The notes: a model not told the origin generated them from the letters alone. A stretch of 64,000 nucleotides of DNA from Eledone cirrhosa (GCA_964016885.1 OZ024763.1:16740001-16804000); one strand, 5' to 3'. Counted from the stretch's first letter, positions 12,641 through 25,604 are shown. A program made the numbers and translations.

Positions 12641-12963
12641 TCCTTTTTACCTCCACCACATTCTGTCTCCCCACTTGATCCCCTTCAGTTATTATTAAAC
12701 CGGGTCCCTGCTACATTCAATGCTCCAATCCAATCTAGGGCCTTCTCACTCCTGTTGGAGGAACCCCTCCCTGGTTGACCTCCACCACTTTCTGTTTTGT
12801 TTTGGTCATGTCTTCAGGGGTGAAGCTGTACTCACCAGGCTTGGCCAATTGCAGGTTGGTGAGGCTATTTAACCCATAGTTGGGGTGGATGGCCGTTGAC
12901 TCTGAGGAGTTCATCTGTTGTTGTTTTTTGTGCTGCTGGGGTTCCACTTACCTTTCTCACTGG

Positions 12964-13895
12964 ACCAGTGTCTGGTGGGGGAGCTGGTTTAGTTGCTGAC
13001 CACTTGACCAAGAAGCAGGTTGTACTGGGTTACATAGTACCAATAGCAAGCAGAAACCTGACCAGACCAGTGTCTGGTGGGGGAGCTGGTTTAGTTGCTG
13101 ACCACTTGACCATGAAGCAGGTTGTACTCGGTTACATAGTACCAATAGCAAGCAGAAACCTGACCAGACCAGTGTCTGGTGGGGGAGCTGGTTTAGTTGC
13201 TGACCACTTGACCAAGAAGCAGGTTGTACTCGGTTACATAGTACCAATAGCAAGCAGAAACCTGACCTGACCAGTGTCTGGTGGGGGAGCTGGTTTAGTT
13301 GCTGACCACTTGCCAAGAAGCAGGTTGTACTCGGTTACATAGTACCAATAGCAAGCAGAAACCTGACCAGACCAGTGTCTGGTGGGGGAGCTGGTTTAGT
13401 TGCTGACCACTTGCCAAGAAGCAGGTTGTACTCGGTTACATAGTACCAATAGCAAGCAGAAACCTGACCAGACCAGTGTCTGGTGGGAAAGCTGGTTTAG
13501 TTGCTGACCACTTGCCAAGAAGCAGGTTGTACTCGGTTACATAGTACCAATAGCAAGCAGAAACCTGACCAGACCAGTGTCTGGTGGGGGAGTTGGTTTA
13601 GTTGCTGACCACTTGACCATGAAGTAGGTTGTACTGGGTTACATGGTACTAGTAGACGACAGAAGCCTGATATTACTAAACTAGGGTCTGATAGGGGAAC
13701 TGGTTTAGTCACCGACCCTCAACCCTCAACCATGAAACAGGTTGTTCTGGGTTACGTGTCACCAATAGCAGGCAAAAGGCTAGTCTACTCACCAGACCAG
13801 TGTCTGGTGGGAAAGCTGGTTTAGTCCCCGACCACTTGACCATGAAGCAGGTTGTAGTGGGTTACATGATACCAGTAGCCGGAGGATGCCTGATC
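12964..13895. repeat. 101-102-bp minisatellite: about 6-7 homogeneous units plus 2-3 diverged units
   Basis: ACCAGTGTCTGGTGGGGGAGCTGGTTTAGTTGCTGACCACTTG... at 12964, 13066 and 13168, then 101-bp units after a 1-bp deletion. Confidence 0.95.
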
Positions 13896-14422
13896 AGAGA
13901 TAGCCTCTACTAGTACTGTACTAGTAAAAAAACATTGATATTGAGCACTTTTTCCTTGTGTTTGTGAATCCAAACGAATCTATAGTTCTTCTTCATAGAT
14001 AAAAATAATGTCTTTTATATTTGTTTATATCTTTCTAAATTAAGATAAGATAGGGGATGGCAGGTAAAATTTACCCCAAAGGATAGAAATCAGCAGTTAG
14101 AAGTGTGTTGACCTGTAGAAGTCATAGCAAGAATTGAGAAAGGGATAAAATAAATGAGAGGGGATCTCACAAACATTAAATTTTCTCATCAGCTTTTAGA
14201 CTGCCTGTGGTTTCAACAATTTAACTAAAAGGATCATGTAAGATAGATGGCTTGTAACAACGTAGAAATAAATATCTCTGTTGGTATAATGTTTATGATA
14301 GAAACAAATAGATTGATGGGCAGACAGATAGGTAAGAGAGAGAAAAGAATGAAGTGCATTCACTCGATTTCAGGTCACTGTAAGAAAGGCCATTTTTGCC
14401 AGGTACTTTCTATTTAGTGACT

Positions 14423-14735
14423 ACTAGACCACCTGTGACCCATCGGGTCACATTCGCTTAAAAATATCTTTTAAAATCATGTTCACTTAAAAATAATTTT
14501 TAAATAATTAAAATGTACACAGACATTTTCCTCCTTCAATCTACTCTCTCACAACCACTATCTCTTCCTCTCTATCTTTCTCTCTCTCTCTCTATTTATG
14601 AAAGTACCCGGAAAAACATCGTATCTCAGGAACCCATGCTCCGATTTACGCGAAAGTATTTTCCCATTATGCACTGTTTTGGCTGTATTACATTACTGAC
14701 AAGACACAATCAGAGTTTTAGTAGTATATAGATAG
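14423..14735 (+). mobile_element. Possible non-autonomous Helitron/Helentron-like element
   Basis: Starts ACTAGA followed by hairpin GTGACCC-ATC-GGGTCAC and ends GAGTTTTAGTAGTATATAGAT. It interrupts TTTAGTGACT|ATATC..TTTTGCCAGG, the intact junction seen in the adjacent tandem repeat, with no clear TSD. Confidence 0.45.
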
Positions 14736-15405
14736 ATATCCTTTTTGCCAGGTATTGTACTATTAAAATAATGGGTACTGTACTAGTAAAGTACTCTCTA
14801 TTGATATTGAGCACTTTTTACAGTGTGTTTGGGATAGGGAATCCAAAGACTTCTATAATTCCTGAAAACATTGTCTCTTATATTTGTCTACATCTTTCTA
14901 TTTAGCGACTATATCATTTTTGCCGGGTACTATACTAATAAAATGACAGGTACTGTACTAGTACAGTTCTCTATACTGATATTGAGCACTTTTTACAGTG
15001 TGTTTGTGTCTGTAATTCTGGAGAAATCTAGAATTCCTGAAAACATTGTCTCATCTTTCTATTTAGTGACTATATCATTTTTGCCAGGTACTATACTAGT
15101 AAAATAACGGGTACTGTACTAGTAAAGTACTCTATATTGGTATTGAGCACTTTTTACAGTGTGTTTGTGTCTGTAATTCTGGAGAAATCTAGAATTCCTG
15201 AAAACATTCTCATCTTTCTATTTAGTGACTATATCATTTTTGCCAGGTACTATACTAGTAAAATAACGGGTACTGTACTAGTACAGTACTCTATATTGGT
15301 ATTGAGCACTTTTTACAGTGTGTTTGTGTCTGTAATTCTGGAGAAATCTATAATTCCTGAAAAGAGTGTCTCTTATATTTGTCTCCATCTTTCTCTTCAG
15401 TGATT
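14736..15405. repeat. Tandem repeat, about 4 units of 160-175 bp
   Basis: TTTTTGCCAGGTA...GGTACTGTACTAGTA...TTGAGCACTTTTTACAGTGTGTTTG at about 14742, 14917, 15078 and 15237. Confidence 0.9.
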
Positions 15406-15496
15406 GTATCTCGTAGACTTTTAAGTTCGTAAAGTGTAAGATAAACAACTAACACAACTATATAAGAACAACAGACTGATTTATTGATAAAATATA

Positions 15497-17055
15497 TACA
15501 CCACACCACCACTGCTACCATACACCACACCACCGCTACTACACCATACACCACACCACCACCGCTACTACACCATACACACCACCACCACTACCACCAT
15601 ACACACCACACCACCACCACTACCACCATACACCACACCACCGCTACTACACCATACACCACACCACCACCACTACTACACCATACACACCACTACCACC
15701 ATATACACCACACCACCACCACTACCACCATACACCACACCACCGCTACTACACCATACACCACACCACCACCACTACTACACCATACACACCACTACCA
15801 CCATATACACCACACCACCACCACTACCACCATATACACCACACCACCACCACTACCACCATACACCACACCACCGCTACTACACCATACACCACACCAC
15901 CACCACTACTACACCATACACCACACCACCACTGCCACCATACACCACACCACTGCTACTACCATACACATCACCACCGCTACCACCATACACACCACAC
16001 CACCACCACTACCACCACCACCATACACCACACCACCACCACCATACACCACACCACCACTACCACCATACACCACACCACCACTACCACCATACACCAC
16101 ACCACCACCACCATGCACCACACCACCACTAATACCATACACCACGCCACCACCACTACCACCATACACCACACCACTACACACCACACCACCACTACCA
16201 CCATACACCACACCACCACTACCACCATACACCACACCACCACTACCACCATACACCACACCACCACACACCACACCACCACTACCACCATACACCACAC
16301 CACCACTACCACCATACACCACACCACCACTACCACCATACACCACCACCACTACCACACACCACACCACCACTACCACCAGACACCACACCACCACCAC
16401 CATACACCACACCACCACCATACACCACACCACCACCACTACCACCATACCACACCACCACTACCACACACCACACCACCACTACCACCATACACCACAC
16501 CACCACTACCACCATACACCACCACAACTACCACACACCACACCACCACTACCACCAGACACCACACCACCACCACCATACACCACACCACCACCACCAC
16601 ACACCACACCACCACTACCACCATACACCACCACCACCACCACCATACACCACACCACCACCATACACCACACCACCACCACTACCACCATACACCACAC
16701 CACCACTACCACCATACACCACACCACCACTACCACCATACACCACACCACCACCACTACCACCAGACACCACACCACCACCACTACCACCATACACCAC
16801 ACCACCACTACCACCATACACCACACCACCACACACCACACCACCACTACCACCATACACCACACCACCACTACCAGCACACTCCACACCACCACCACTA
16901 CCACCATACACCACACCACCACCACTACCACCACTACCACCATACACCACACCACCACACTACCACCACACCACCACCACACCACCACCACTACCACCAT
17001 ACAACACAGCACCACTACCACCATACACCACACCACCACCACTACCACCACCATC
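15497..17055. repeat. C/A-rich minisatellite (CACCACTACCACCATACACCA-type units)
   Basis: Direct reading; produces spurious H/T/P-rich ORFs. Confidence 0.95.
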
Positions 17056-17099
17056 TCACACGCCTGCCTCTCCGCCATATATGTAGACACACACATACA

Positions 17100-17174
<75 letters not shown>

Positions 17175-17425
17175 ACATATATATATATGTATGTATATAT
17201 ATATATACATATATACATATATATATATATATGTATGTATACATATATATGTATATGTATGTGTGTATGTATATATATATATATATATGTATGTATATAT
17301 ATATATATATATACACATGTACACTCACACATGGTAATCAAATGACAAGATAAAAGAAAAATTCCACATCATCTTTTATGCCTACAATAGTGTTGCTTTG
17401 TTTTCTTTTATGTCTTCTTATTATG

Positions 17426-17484
<59 letters not shown>

Positions 17485-17510
17485 ATATATATATACATTT
17501 ATATATATAC

Positions 17511-17571
<61 letters not shown>

Positions 17572-17697
17572 TGTGTGTGTTTCTGTGTATGTATGTATTC
17601 ATTTTTTAATTCACATGCATGTGTTATATAGATATATTATTATATTATGGTGCTGATATATTTGTATATATGTGTGTGTATATATATATATATATAC

Positions 17698-17767
<70 letters not shown>

Positions 17768-17883
17768 GTAAATATATATATACATATATAATGAAGACAT
17801 TTCTTTTGTGTGTGAGTATGTAAGAATAGAGCTCAACAAATCAATAATAAAGTGATATATATGTGTATATATATATATATATA

Positions 17884-17923
<40 letters not shown>

Positions 17924-17925
<2 letters not shown>

Positions 17926-18200
17926 GATAATTGATTTTGGATTCATAGAAACACTTTAAACGTATATCGTTTGATTTGTCCAGGTGTATCTTTTTAACCT
18001 GTTAGTTCTTTCGTTACTTTGGTATTGTATGGTTGCGTTCTGACTGCTGTCGGAATGTTCAATTTGTCAAGCTATTTAAACGTATGTTATTACTCTAAGG
18101 ACCTACCCTTATTGAGTGCTTTGCTAACTCATTCCTAATTGTAGGTCGACTTTGTGTGCCCACAACCAATGCTTCGATTTTACTAAGCTTCCACTTGTAT
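17924..18200 (+). mobile_element. Dispersed pLTR-like repeat ending at (TA)n; homologous to 23786-24070 (inverted) and about 36780-37010
   Basis: Shared blocks TCAAGCT.T.TAAA.GTA.TGTTATTACTCT.AGG and CGATTTTACTAAGCTTC.ACTTGTATAT. Confidence 0.6.
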
Positions 18201-18210
18201 ATATATATAT

Positions 18211-19015
18211 CATCATCATCATCATCATCATCATCGTTTAACGTCCATTTTCCACGCTAGCATGGGTCTGGACGGGAATTGTCCCACTTGAGGCAAGATT
18301 GGTTGTCTTGCTCAGGACTGTCTGGCGGGTTTTCTACGGCTGGATGCCCTTCCCAACACCAACCACGTTCACAGTGTGGACTGGGAGGTTCTTACCGTGT
18401 TACCTACACGGCCACATTACAGCGTGGACTGTGTGTTTTATTGTCGTGACACCTACACGTCTGGCGGGTTTTCTACGGCTGGGTGCCCTTCCTAACACCA
18501 TGGTTTAGACAGCTTGTCCTGTTGTGGGCAATGCCAGGTCAGGTGACCATATCTTGCTCATACAGGAACTGATTTTGGCTTGAATTCTACAGCTGGATGC
18601 CCTTCCTAACACCAACCTCATTTACAGTGAATGCTGGGTGCTTTTTTACCATGACACCTACATGACCACTTTACAGTGTAGACTGGGTGATTTTTTACCG
18701 TGGCACCTCCACGACCACTTTAGAGTTGGAACTGGGTGATTTTTTATTGTGACACCTACATGATCGCTTTACAGTGTTGACTGGGTGATTTTTTACTGTT
18801 TCACCTCCACGACCACTTTAGAGTTGGAACTGGTTGATTGGTTACCGTGAGAACTACGTGACCACTTGACCGTGTAGACTGGGTGCTTTTTAGTCATGAC
18901 ACCTACATGACCACTTTACAGTGTGAACTGGATGGTTTTTGTCGTGACACCCACATGACCACTTTACAGGGTGGATTAGGTGTTTCTTGTCGTGACACCT
19001 ACACAACCACTTTCT
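18211..19015 (-). mobile_element. SINE family A fragments with internal ~50-bp tandem expansion (18630-19015)
   Basis: (CAT)n tail; GGCTGGATGCCCTTCCTAACACCAACC core three times; about 8 diverged GACACCTACATGACCACTTTACAGTGT..ACTGGGTG units. Confidence 0.75.
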
Positions 19016-19496
19016 AATAAATAAGTGAGACAGTTTTATTTGTACATCTTCATTTTATTAACTAGTTCGTCATATGCATTTCAAAGATGCAAAGGTAGTT
19101 ATATAATAACCATCATCATCATTATCATTTTACATCCGCTTTTCCCTGCTTGCAAGGGTGGGATGGGTCCTATTCAGCACAGCATGTTTCTATACATCAT
19201 GATCCTTCATCATCTTCTCCGTGAGCTTCACGTTATGTGTTTTCTTCAGATGAACTGAGATGTATTGAGATGTATATTTTCCATTGATATGCCACTGGTT
19301 TAACGTGTTGTTAACCTCGCTGTCCAGTACCATATAGATTCTATTGTAGCAGGTTAATAAACTAATATAAAAGATTTCTAATCATATACAAATATTCCAA
19401 CATAATTTTATATAACAATCCTATGTTACTTTGCTATTTTGATAATTAAATAATTAATAAATTTAGTAAATCTCTCGAAATTTCTATACATATCTG

Positions 19497-21339
19497 CAGT
19501 GGCGGACTGGGTCTAAAAGTCTAAAAATATTGGTTGCCAGGAGATAAAGGGGGCGCACCCATATATAGAATGCTATCGTTTAGTTTTTATAATGAATAAA
19601 TAACTGTTTCTACTTTTGGCACAAGGCCAGCAAATACCCAGTGTATTACTGGTACTTTATTTTATCGACCCCGTAAGGATGAAAGGCAAAGTTAACCTCG
19701 GCGGGATTTGAACTCAGAATGGCAAGGGCTGTAACTCTATACGTCAAAGCATGGCGTCCGACATTATAATGAATAAATAACATTTTCAAAACTTACATAA
19801 GTGAAAACAAAACAGTGCAATCAAATTTTTGCAGGAAAAAATGTGTATTTTTTACTAATTATAGTGTATATATACTGTACGTATTACTGGCAGTATACAG
19901 TAATACTAAATGTTAATATAGAATGTTATAATTGAATTTTGAAATAATTGTGAATGTATAGTATACTGTTATTTAGAGTAGAGTATGCAAGTTGTCGTTC
20001 TTACCTTCTCCAATATAAAGTACCTTGTGAAATATATACATCCAGAGACTTTCAATAATTGTTTCTACGTTAGGCACAAGGCCAGCAAATTACCCAGTGC
20101 ATTACTGGTACTTTATTTTATCGACCCCGTAAGGATGAAAGGCAAAGTCAACCTCGGCGGGATTTGAACTCAGATCGTAAAGGGACGTAACTATGTTGGA
20201 AAGCATGGTGTCCGACCCTCCACCGGTACTGCCAATCCTTTGGTCTGTCACACTCAATATATATATACATATATATGGGAGTGTGTGTCCATGTGTATAT
20301 ATAGATTTATATATATATATAGTGTGTGTACATGTGTATATATAGATTTATATATATATGCATACATACATGTTTTCAACTTGTTCAAACAATATTTGGC
20401 AACTCAATCTCCCTAGGGACTTTAGACTGAAAAACTAACCACTAATTGATTTTACATATGTCTTTAACCCATTGATATCAAAATTATTTGGCCAGCAGCT
20501 CCTGTGTATGTGTAAGTATATATATGTATATGTATATCTCTCTCGCTCATGAAATCAACCCAGCTTATGCTGACCGGACAACCATGTTGCTTGTTTATTT
20601 TCCTATCTTCGGTTTGCTTTTATCCTTCTATGTTGTTTACTTGTCCCCCTCGCTTTATGCGAATTCTGGTCCCAATAACTTTTTTTAGTTATTGCTTGCA
20701 CCAACCTGAGGTATCTGATTTTTAATGCGATGAAATACCAATGATGGTTGGAAAATCACTGACGAAGGACTATTTTTATCATATGTAACCCATGTGCAAA
20801 CCACGCAGTATTCTTCTTTCTTCTCATGTTTTTTATATATATATAAATATATATAACTTTGCAGTGGAATGATAGGGACCCCAGTCCCTATCATCTCATT
20901 TCTACATCTGAGTAAACTAGAGCAATGTGAAATAAAGTGTCTTGCTCAAGGAAACAACACATCACTCGGTCTGAGAATTGAACTCACAACCTTTCGATTG
21001 CAAACCCAATGCTCTAACCACTAAGCCATGTGCCATATATATATATATATGCGTGTGTATGTGTGTCCATGTATGTATGTATGCATGAATACAGTAAGCC
21101 AATGACTCTAACTGTTTGTACTATATATTTTGGTTTCTATTAATTCCCTAGGGAATTGTTTGACCAAATGCTTTGCTTATTTGTTTATATATTTTAAAAA
21201 AAATTTATTCCTTTTCTTAGACATTTTTTTTTTTTTTTTTTTTTTTTGAAACAAAGCATTGGCCCCTAAAATACTACAGTGGGCCCCCTCGGTCCCACTT
21301 GCCATTGGACAATCTGGGAACATGGCCAGTCTGTCACTG
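19497..21339. mobile_element. Non-autonomous hAT element (1843 bp) with nested SINEs
   Basis: TIRs CAGTGGCGGACTGG / CCAGTCTGTCACTG (12/14 match) and a perfect 8-bp TSD CATATCTG at 19489-19496 and 21340-21347. Contains SINE B at about 19603-19762 and 20055-20236, and SINE A at 20861-21034. Confidence 0.88.
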
Positions 21340-21799
21340 CATATCTGAATACAGATATGCCTGAAGCTAAATCCTAATTATATTCTAATATAAGGTGAGC
21401 CAACTTCTGCAGCTTCATATGCAAATGAGATTAATCACCTTAATTACACAGACGAGAAAACTATATATTCTCGACTGTTTTCAAGTCTAGCAGCCGCAAG
21501 TGTAGGAAGGATCATCACGATGAGAACCAGTTAAGTCCAAAATGCATTGGCGATTGTCCCCCCTTGCTTCTGCTGGACACCACCAGAGGGTGTTAGACCC
21601 GGTGTTTTTTTGCATAGCTACTGCTTTCTAAATGTTTATCTATAAGCATATCGTGTTTCTTTAGAAATACGAAATTTATATATATATATATATAGAGAGA
21701 GAGAGATGTCAACATGAATGGACCTTTTATTTTTATCTAAAGACATTTTTTCCAATTCCAACCCGCCCGTCCCCTCAATCTATCTTATTTCTCATTCTT

Positions 21800-21835
21800 T
21801 CTTCTGATGAAGGACTAGCGTCCGAAACGTTAAGA
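21800..21835 (+). ncRNA. Minimal type I hammerhead ribozyme motif (PLE type)
   Basis: TCTT-CTGATGA-A-GGAC(TAGC)GTCC-GAAA-CG-TT-AAGA: 4-bp stem I, 4-bp stem II, palindromic ACGT stem III. Confidence 0.8.
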
Positions 21836-21964
21836 CCCTCTTCCTGCTATATCAAGCATTAACCTAATATATCCCTTCCATATACTGTACTGATTGTGTT
21901 GTTATTTCTGTTTACCTTTTACATATATATATAAATATATATATATAAATATATATATATACAG

Positions 21965-22015
<51 letters not shown>

Positions 22016-22217
22016 TATATATATATACCAATTGAAATATTGCCTCATTGTAGTCCACCAATGGAAAGTGATAAAAAACAATATATTGTAATATATAATG
22101 AGGTGATGCAGAATTTCAGCTGAAATATATTTTTAATGATTTTTTTAGTGGTGTATGAATTCATCTTTTTCTGTCTGTCTGTCCGTCTGTCTCTCACTCT
22201 CTCACCCCCTCTCTCTC

Positions 22218-22249
<32 letters not shown>

Positions 22250-22315
22250 CATCATCATCATTTTAATGATGATATATATATAAAAATATATATATCATCA
22301 TCATCATTTTAAGGA

Positions 22316-22362
<47 letters not shown>

Positions 22363-22401
22363 TATATATCATCATCATCATTTTAATGATGATATATATA
22401 T

Positions 22402-22452
<51 letters not shown>

Positions 22453-22455
22453 AAT

Positions 22456-22520
<65 letters not shown>

Positions 22521-22544
22521 TATATATATAAATATATATATATA

Positions 22545-22576
<32 letters not shown>

Positions 22577-22741
22577 ATTCTGGACTAAAATAGTAGTAAT
22601 CTTAGTCCAGAATTAGCCGTCGAAACGGCTTGAGCTCAGCCGTCGGGGTCCTACTCGTTCCTATTACCCACTCTACTACCCTAAGTATTGAGTACTTTGG
22701 TGCGTTATGTTCCACCTGGTTCCTTACCACATTTCCTTCGT
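22577..22741 (+). mobile_element. pLTR-like fragment that begins inside hammerhead stem II (3' half of an HHR)
   Basis: AATTCTGGACTAA...TTAGTCCAGAATT hairpin, then AGCCGTC-GAAAC-GGCT(TGAGCTC)AGCC-GTC-GGGGTC. Inverted homolog at 23568-23703. Confidence 0.7.
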
Positions 22742-23158
22742 TATATATATATATAAATATATATCATCATCATCATTTAAAATCTATCTTCTATGCTAGC
22801 ATGGGTTAGACGGGAATTGTCCCACTTGAGGCAAGATTGATGGGGTGACCGTGTCCTGCTTGTATAGGACTGTATCTGGCAGGTTTTCTACGGCTGGATG
22901 CCCTTCCTAACACCAACCACATTTTCAGTGAGTGCTGGGTGCTTTTTACCCTGTTACCTACACGGCCACCTTACAGTGTGGACTGTGTTTTTTGGTCGTG
23001 ACACCTACATGAGCTCATTAGTGGGGACTGGATGTTGTGGTACCAACATAACTTTATAGAGAAAGGGGTGGTGTTGTCAGGAATTGGAGGACGGAGTAGG
23101 GGTAGTAAGTTAGGTGTATGTTTATAAAAAAAACACCAAAGAATCAACCGGTTTTCAA

Positions 23159-23326
23159 ACTAACACGTGTTTCAGCTGATGTAACTTCACCCCGAAGTCA
23201 TAGAGTTACATACTTATAAGTTTGAAATTTAAAAAAATTAAATAAAATAATTTTTTTTTCCGAAATTTACTTCTGGTTTTATACTATGACCTTCAAGGAT
23301 TGGGTCAAGATCGGCATCATCAGAGT
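23159..23326 (-). ncRNA. Candidate hammerhead ribozyme with a greatly extended stem II
   Basis: Minus strand: ACT-CTGATGA-T-GCCGAT-[about 130 nt]-ATCAGC-T-GAAA-CACGTG-TT-AGT. Stem III ACACGTGT is palindromic and stem I is 3 bp. Confidence 0.5.
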
Positions 23327-23348
23327 ATATATTCACATATTATTAACT

Positions 23349-23530
23349 CTGGCAGTATCGGTGGAGGGTCGGACGCCATGCCTTCCAGCATAGTTACGTC
23401 CCTTTACGATCTGAGTTCAAATCCCGCCGAGGTTGACTTTGCCTTTCATCCTTACGGGGTCGATAAAATAAAGTACCAGTAATGCTCTGGGTAATTGCTG
23501 GCCTTGTGCCTAAAGTAGAAACAATTATTA
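23349..23530 (+). mobile_element. SINE family B
   Basis: TGGCAGTATCGG (A box), GAGTTCAAATCC (B box), GCCTTTCATCCTTACGGGGTCGATAAA body and AGTAGAAACAATTATT tail. Confidence 0.85.
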
Positions 23531-23531
23531 A

Positions 23532-23567
<36 letters not shown>

Positions 23568-23571
<4 letters not shown>

Positions 23572-23763
23572 GGAAATGTGGTAAGGAACCAGGTGGACCA
23601 TAACGCGTCAAAGTACTCAATACTTAGGGTAGTAGAGTGGGTGATAGGAACAAGTAAGACCCCGACGGCTGAGCTCAAGCCGTTTCGACGGCTAATTCTG
23701 GACAGTCCAGAATTAGCCGTCGAAACGGCTTGAGCTCAGCCGTCGGGGTCTTACTTGTTCCTA
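23568..23763. repeat. pLTR-like fragment ending in a perfect palindrome (23645-23763, 59-bp arms, 1-nt loop at 23704)
   Basis: ATAGGAACAAG...CTAATTCTGGAC-A-GTCCAGAATTAG...CTTGTTCCTAT. Confidence 0.92.
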
Positions 23764-24155
23764 TATATATATATATATATTAATATACAAGTAGAAGCTT
23801 AGTAAAATCGAATCTTTGGCTGCGGCCAAGTAAAGTCGACCTACAATAAGGAATGAGTAGCAAAGCACTCAATAACGGTAGGACCTCAGAGTAATAACAT
23901 TACGTTTAGATAGCTTGACAAATTGAAAATTGCGGCAAGCAAAACCCAGCCATACAATACCAAAACAACGAAAAAACTAATCCGGTTAGACAACAGACTT
24001 GGACAAATCGAATGATATTCTGCAATACGTTCGATATATTTCTATGAATCCGAAATCATCAATCCAGCTTATGTAACACGTAAGCTTGTGGTATTCTATG
24101 ATCGAACAGGGGATTCACGTCATCGACAGGTATTTCGTTCTAGGCCTCAAACTGG

Positions 24156-25120
24156 TTTCTAATGAAAAACACTGTCTATGTCATTAACCCTTTCATTACC
24201 ATATTTCTAATTAAAGACACTGTCTATGTCATTAACCTTTTCATTACCATATTTCTAATGAAAGACACTGTCTATGTCTTTAACCCTTTCATTACCATAT
24301 TTCTAATGAAAGACACTGTCTATGTCATTAACCCTTTCATTACTATATTTCTAATGAAAGACACTGTCTATGTCATTAACCCTTTCATTTCCATATTTCT
24401 AATGAAAAACACTGTCTATGTCATTAACCCTTTTATTACGATATTTCTAATGAAAGACACTGTCTATGTCTTTAACCCTTTCATTACCATATTTCTAATG
24501 AAAGACACTGTCTATGTTATTAACCCTTTCATTTCCATATTTCTAATGAAAGACACTGTCTATGTCTTTAACCCTTTCATTACCATATTTCTAATGAAAG
24601 ACACTGCCTATGTCATTAACCCTTTCATTAACATATTTCTAATGAAAGACACTGTCTATGTCATTAACCCTTTCATTACCATATTTCTAATGAAAGACAC
24701 TGTCTATGTCATTAACCCTTTCATTACCATATATCTAATGAAAGACACTGTCTATGTCTTTAACTCTTTCATTACCATGAAAGACACTGCCTATGTCTTT
24801 AACCCTTTCATTGCCATATTTCTAATGAATGACACTGTCTATGTCATTAACCCTTTCATTACCATATTTCTAATGAAAGACACTGTCTATGTCTTTAACT
24901 CTTTCATTACCATGAAAGACACTGTCTATGTCTTTAACCCTTTCATTGCCATATTTCTAATGAAAGACACTAAGTATGTCTTTAACCCTTTCATTGCCAT
25001 ATTTCTAATGAGAGATACTATCTATGTCTTTAACCCTTTCATTGCCATATTTCTAATGAAAGACACTGTCTATGTCTTTAACCCTTTCATTACCATATTT
25101 CTAATGAATGACACTATCTA
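24156..25120. repeat. 48-bp tandem array (about 20 units) corresponding to the left end of the adjacent piggyBac-like MITE
   Basis: Unit TTAACCCTTTCATTACCATATTTCTAATGAAAGACACTGTCTATGTC(A/T). The last unit runs directly into the MITE body. Confidence 0.95.
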
Positions 25121-25563
25121 AGCTATTTCATATAATTTGGAAAATAATCAAGAATTTGGAGAGATTTTACTAACTTTCTCATTTTTAAGTTGGTGTTTGG
25201 AACATAACTTAACAAAGGTTCTTACATAGAATTGTGATGGAAGGTTTTTAGATAAATATAAACAATTTCATATAGAAAGGATTAAATTGTGATTTTTCAA
25301 AAATAATCATAAATTTTGGAGGATTTAGTAATATAACTTAGTTTCTCAAGGTTTTTTAATCATTTTTAAATTATCTATTTTTTGGAAATGTTGAGTAGAT
25401 ATATATTTATTGATAATTTAGAAGTTTCAACATAGTTTTTTTTTATTATGAAAGATATTCTAACAAGTTGGATATAAAAACCCCTGGACAGAAAAAAACA
25501 TTGTCAGCGTTGCTTGTAATTTAGAAACGGGGAGCAGTTTTAGGGAGTTGGGTATCAAAAGGG
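25082..25563 (+). mobile_element. piggyBac-like MITE, family 2
   Basis: TTAA|CCCTTTCATTACC ... GGTATCAAAAGGG|TTAA (imperfect 13-bp TIR, TTAA on both sides). Confidence 0.7.
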
Positions 25564-25604
25564 TTAACTGATAAACTGTTGTATTGTGAGACAAAAAGGA
25601 TCAC

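Noticed and set aside
15484-17345. Extensin- or mucin-like H/T/P-rich ORFs (also 32122-33741)
   Set aside because: C/A minisatellites whose units are often not multiples of 3, so the frame cycles; no domain or signal peptide.
17329-17381. Minus-strand exon candidate with AG/GTGAGT boundaries
   Set aside because: Stop codons in all three frames.
24162-25121. 319-aa repeat protein ORF
   Set aside because: Translation of a 48-bp array derived from a MITE terminus.
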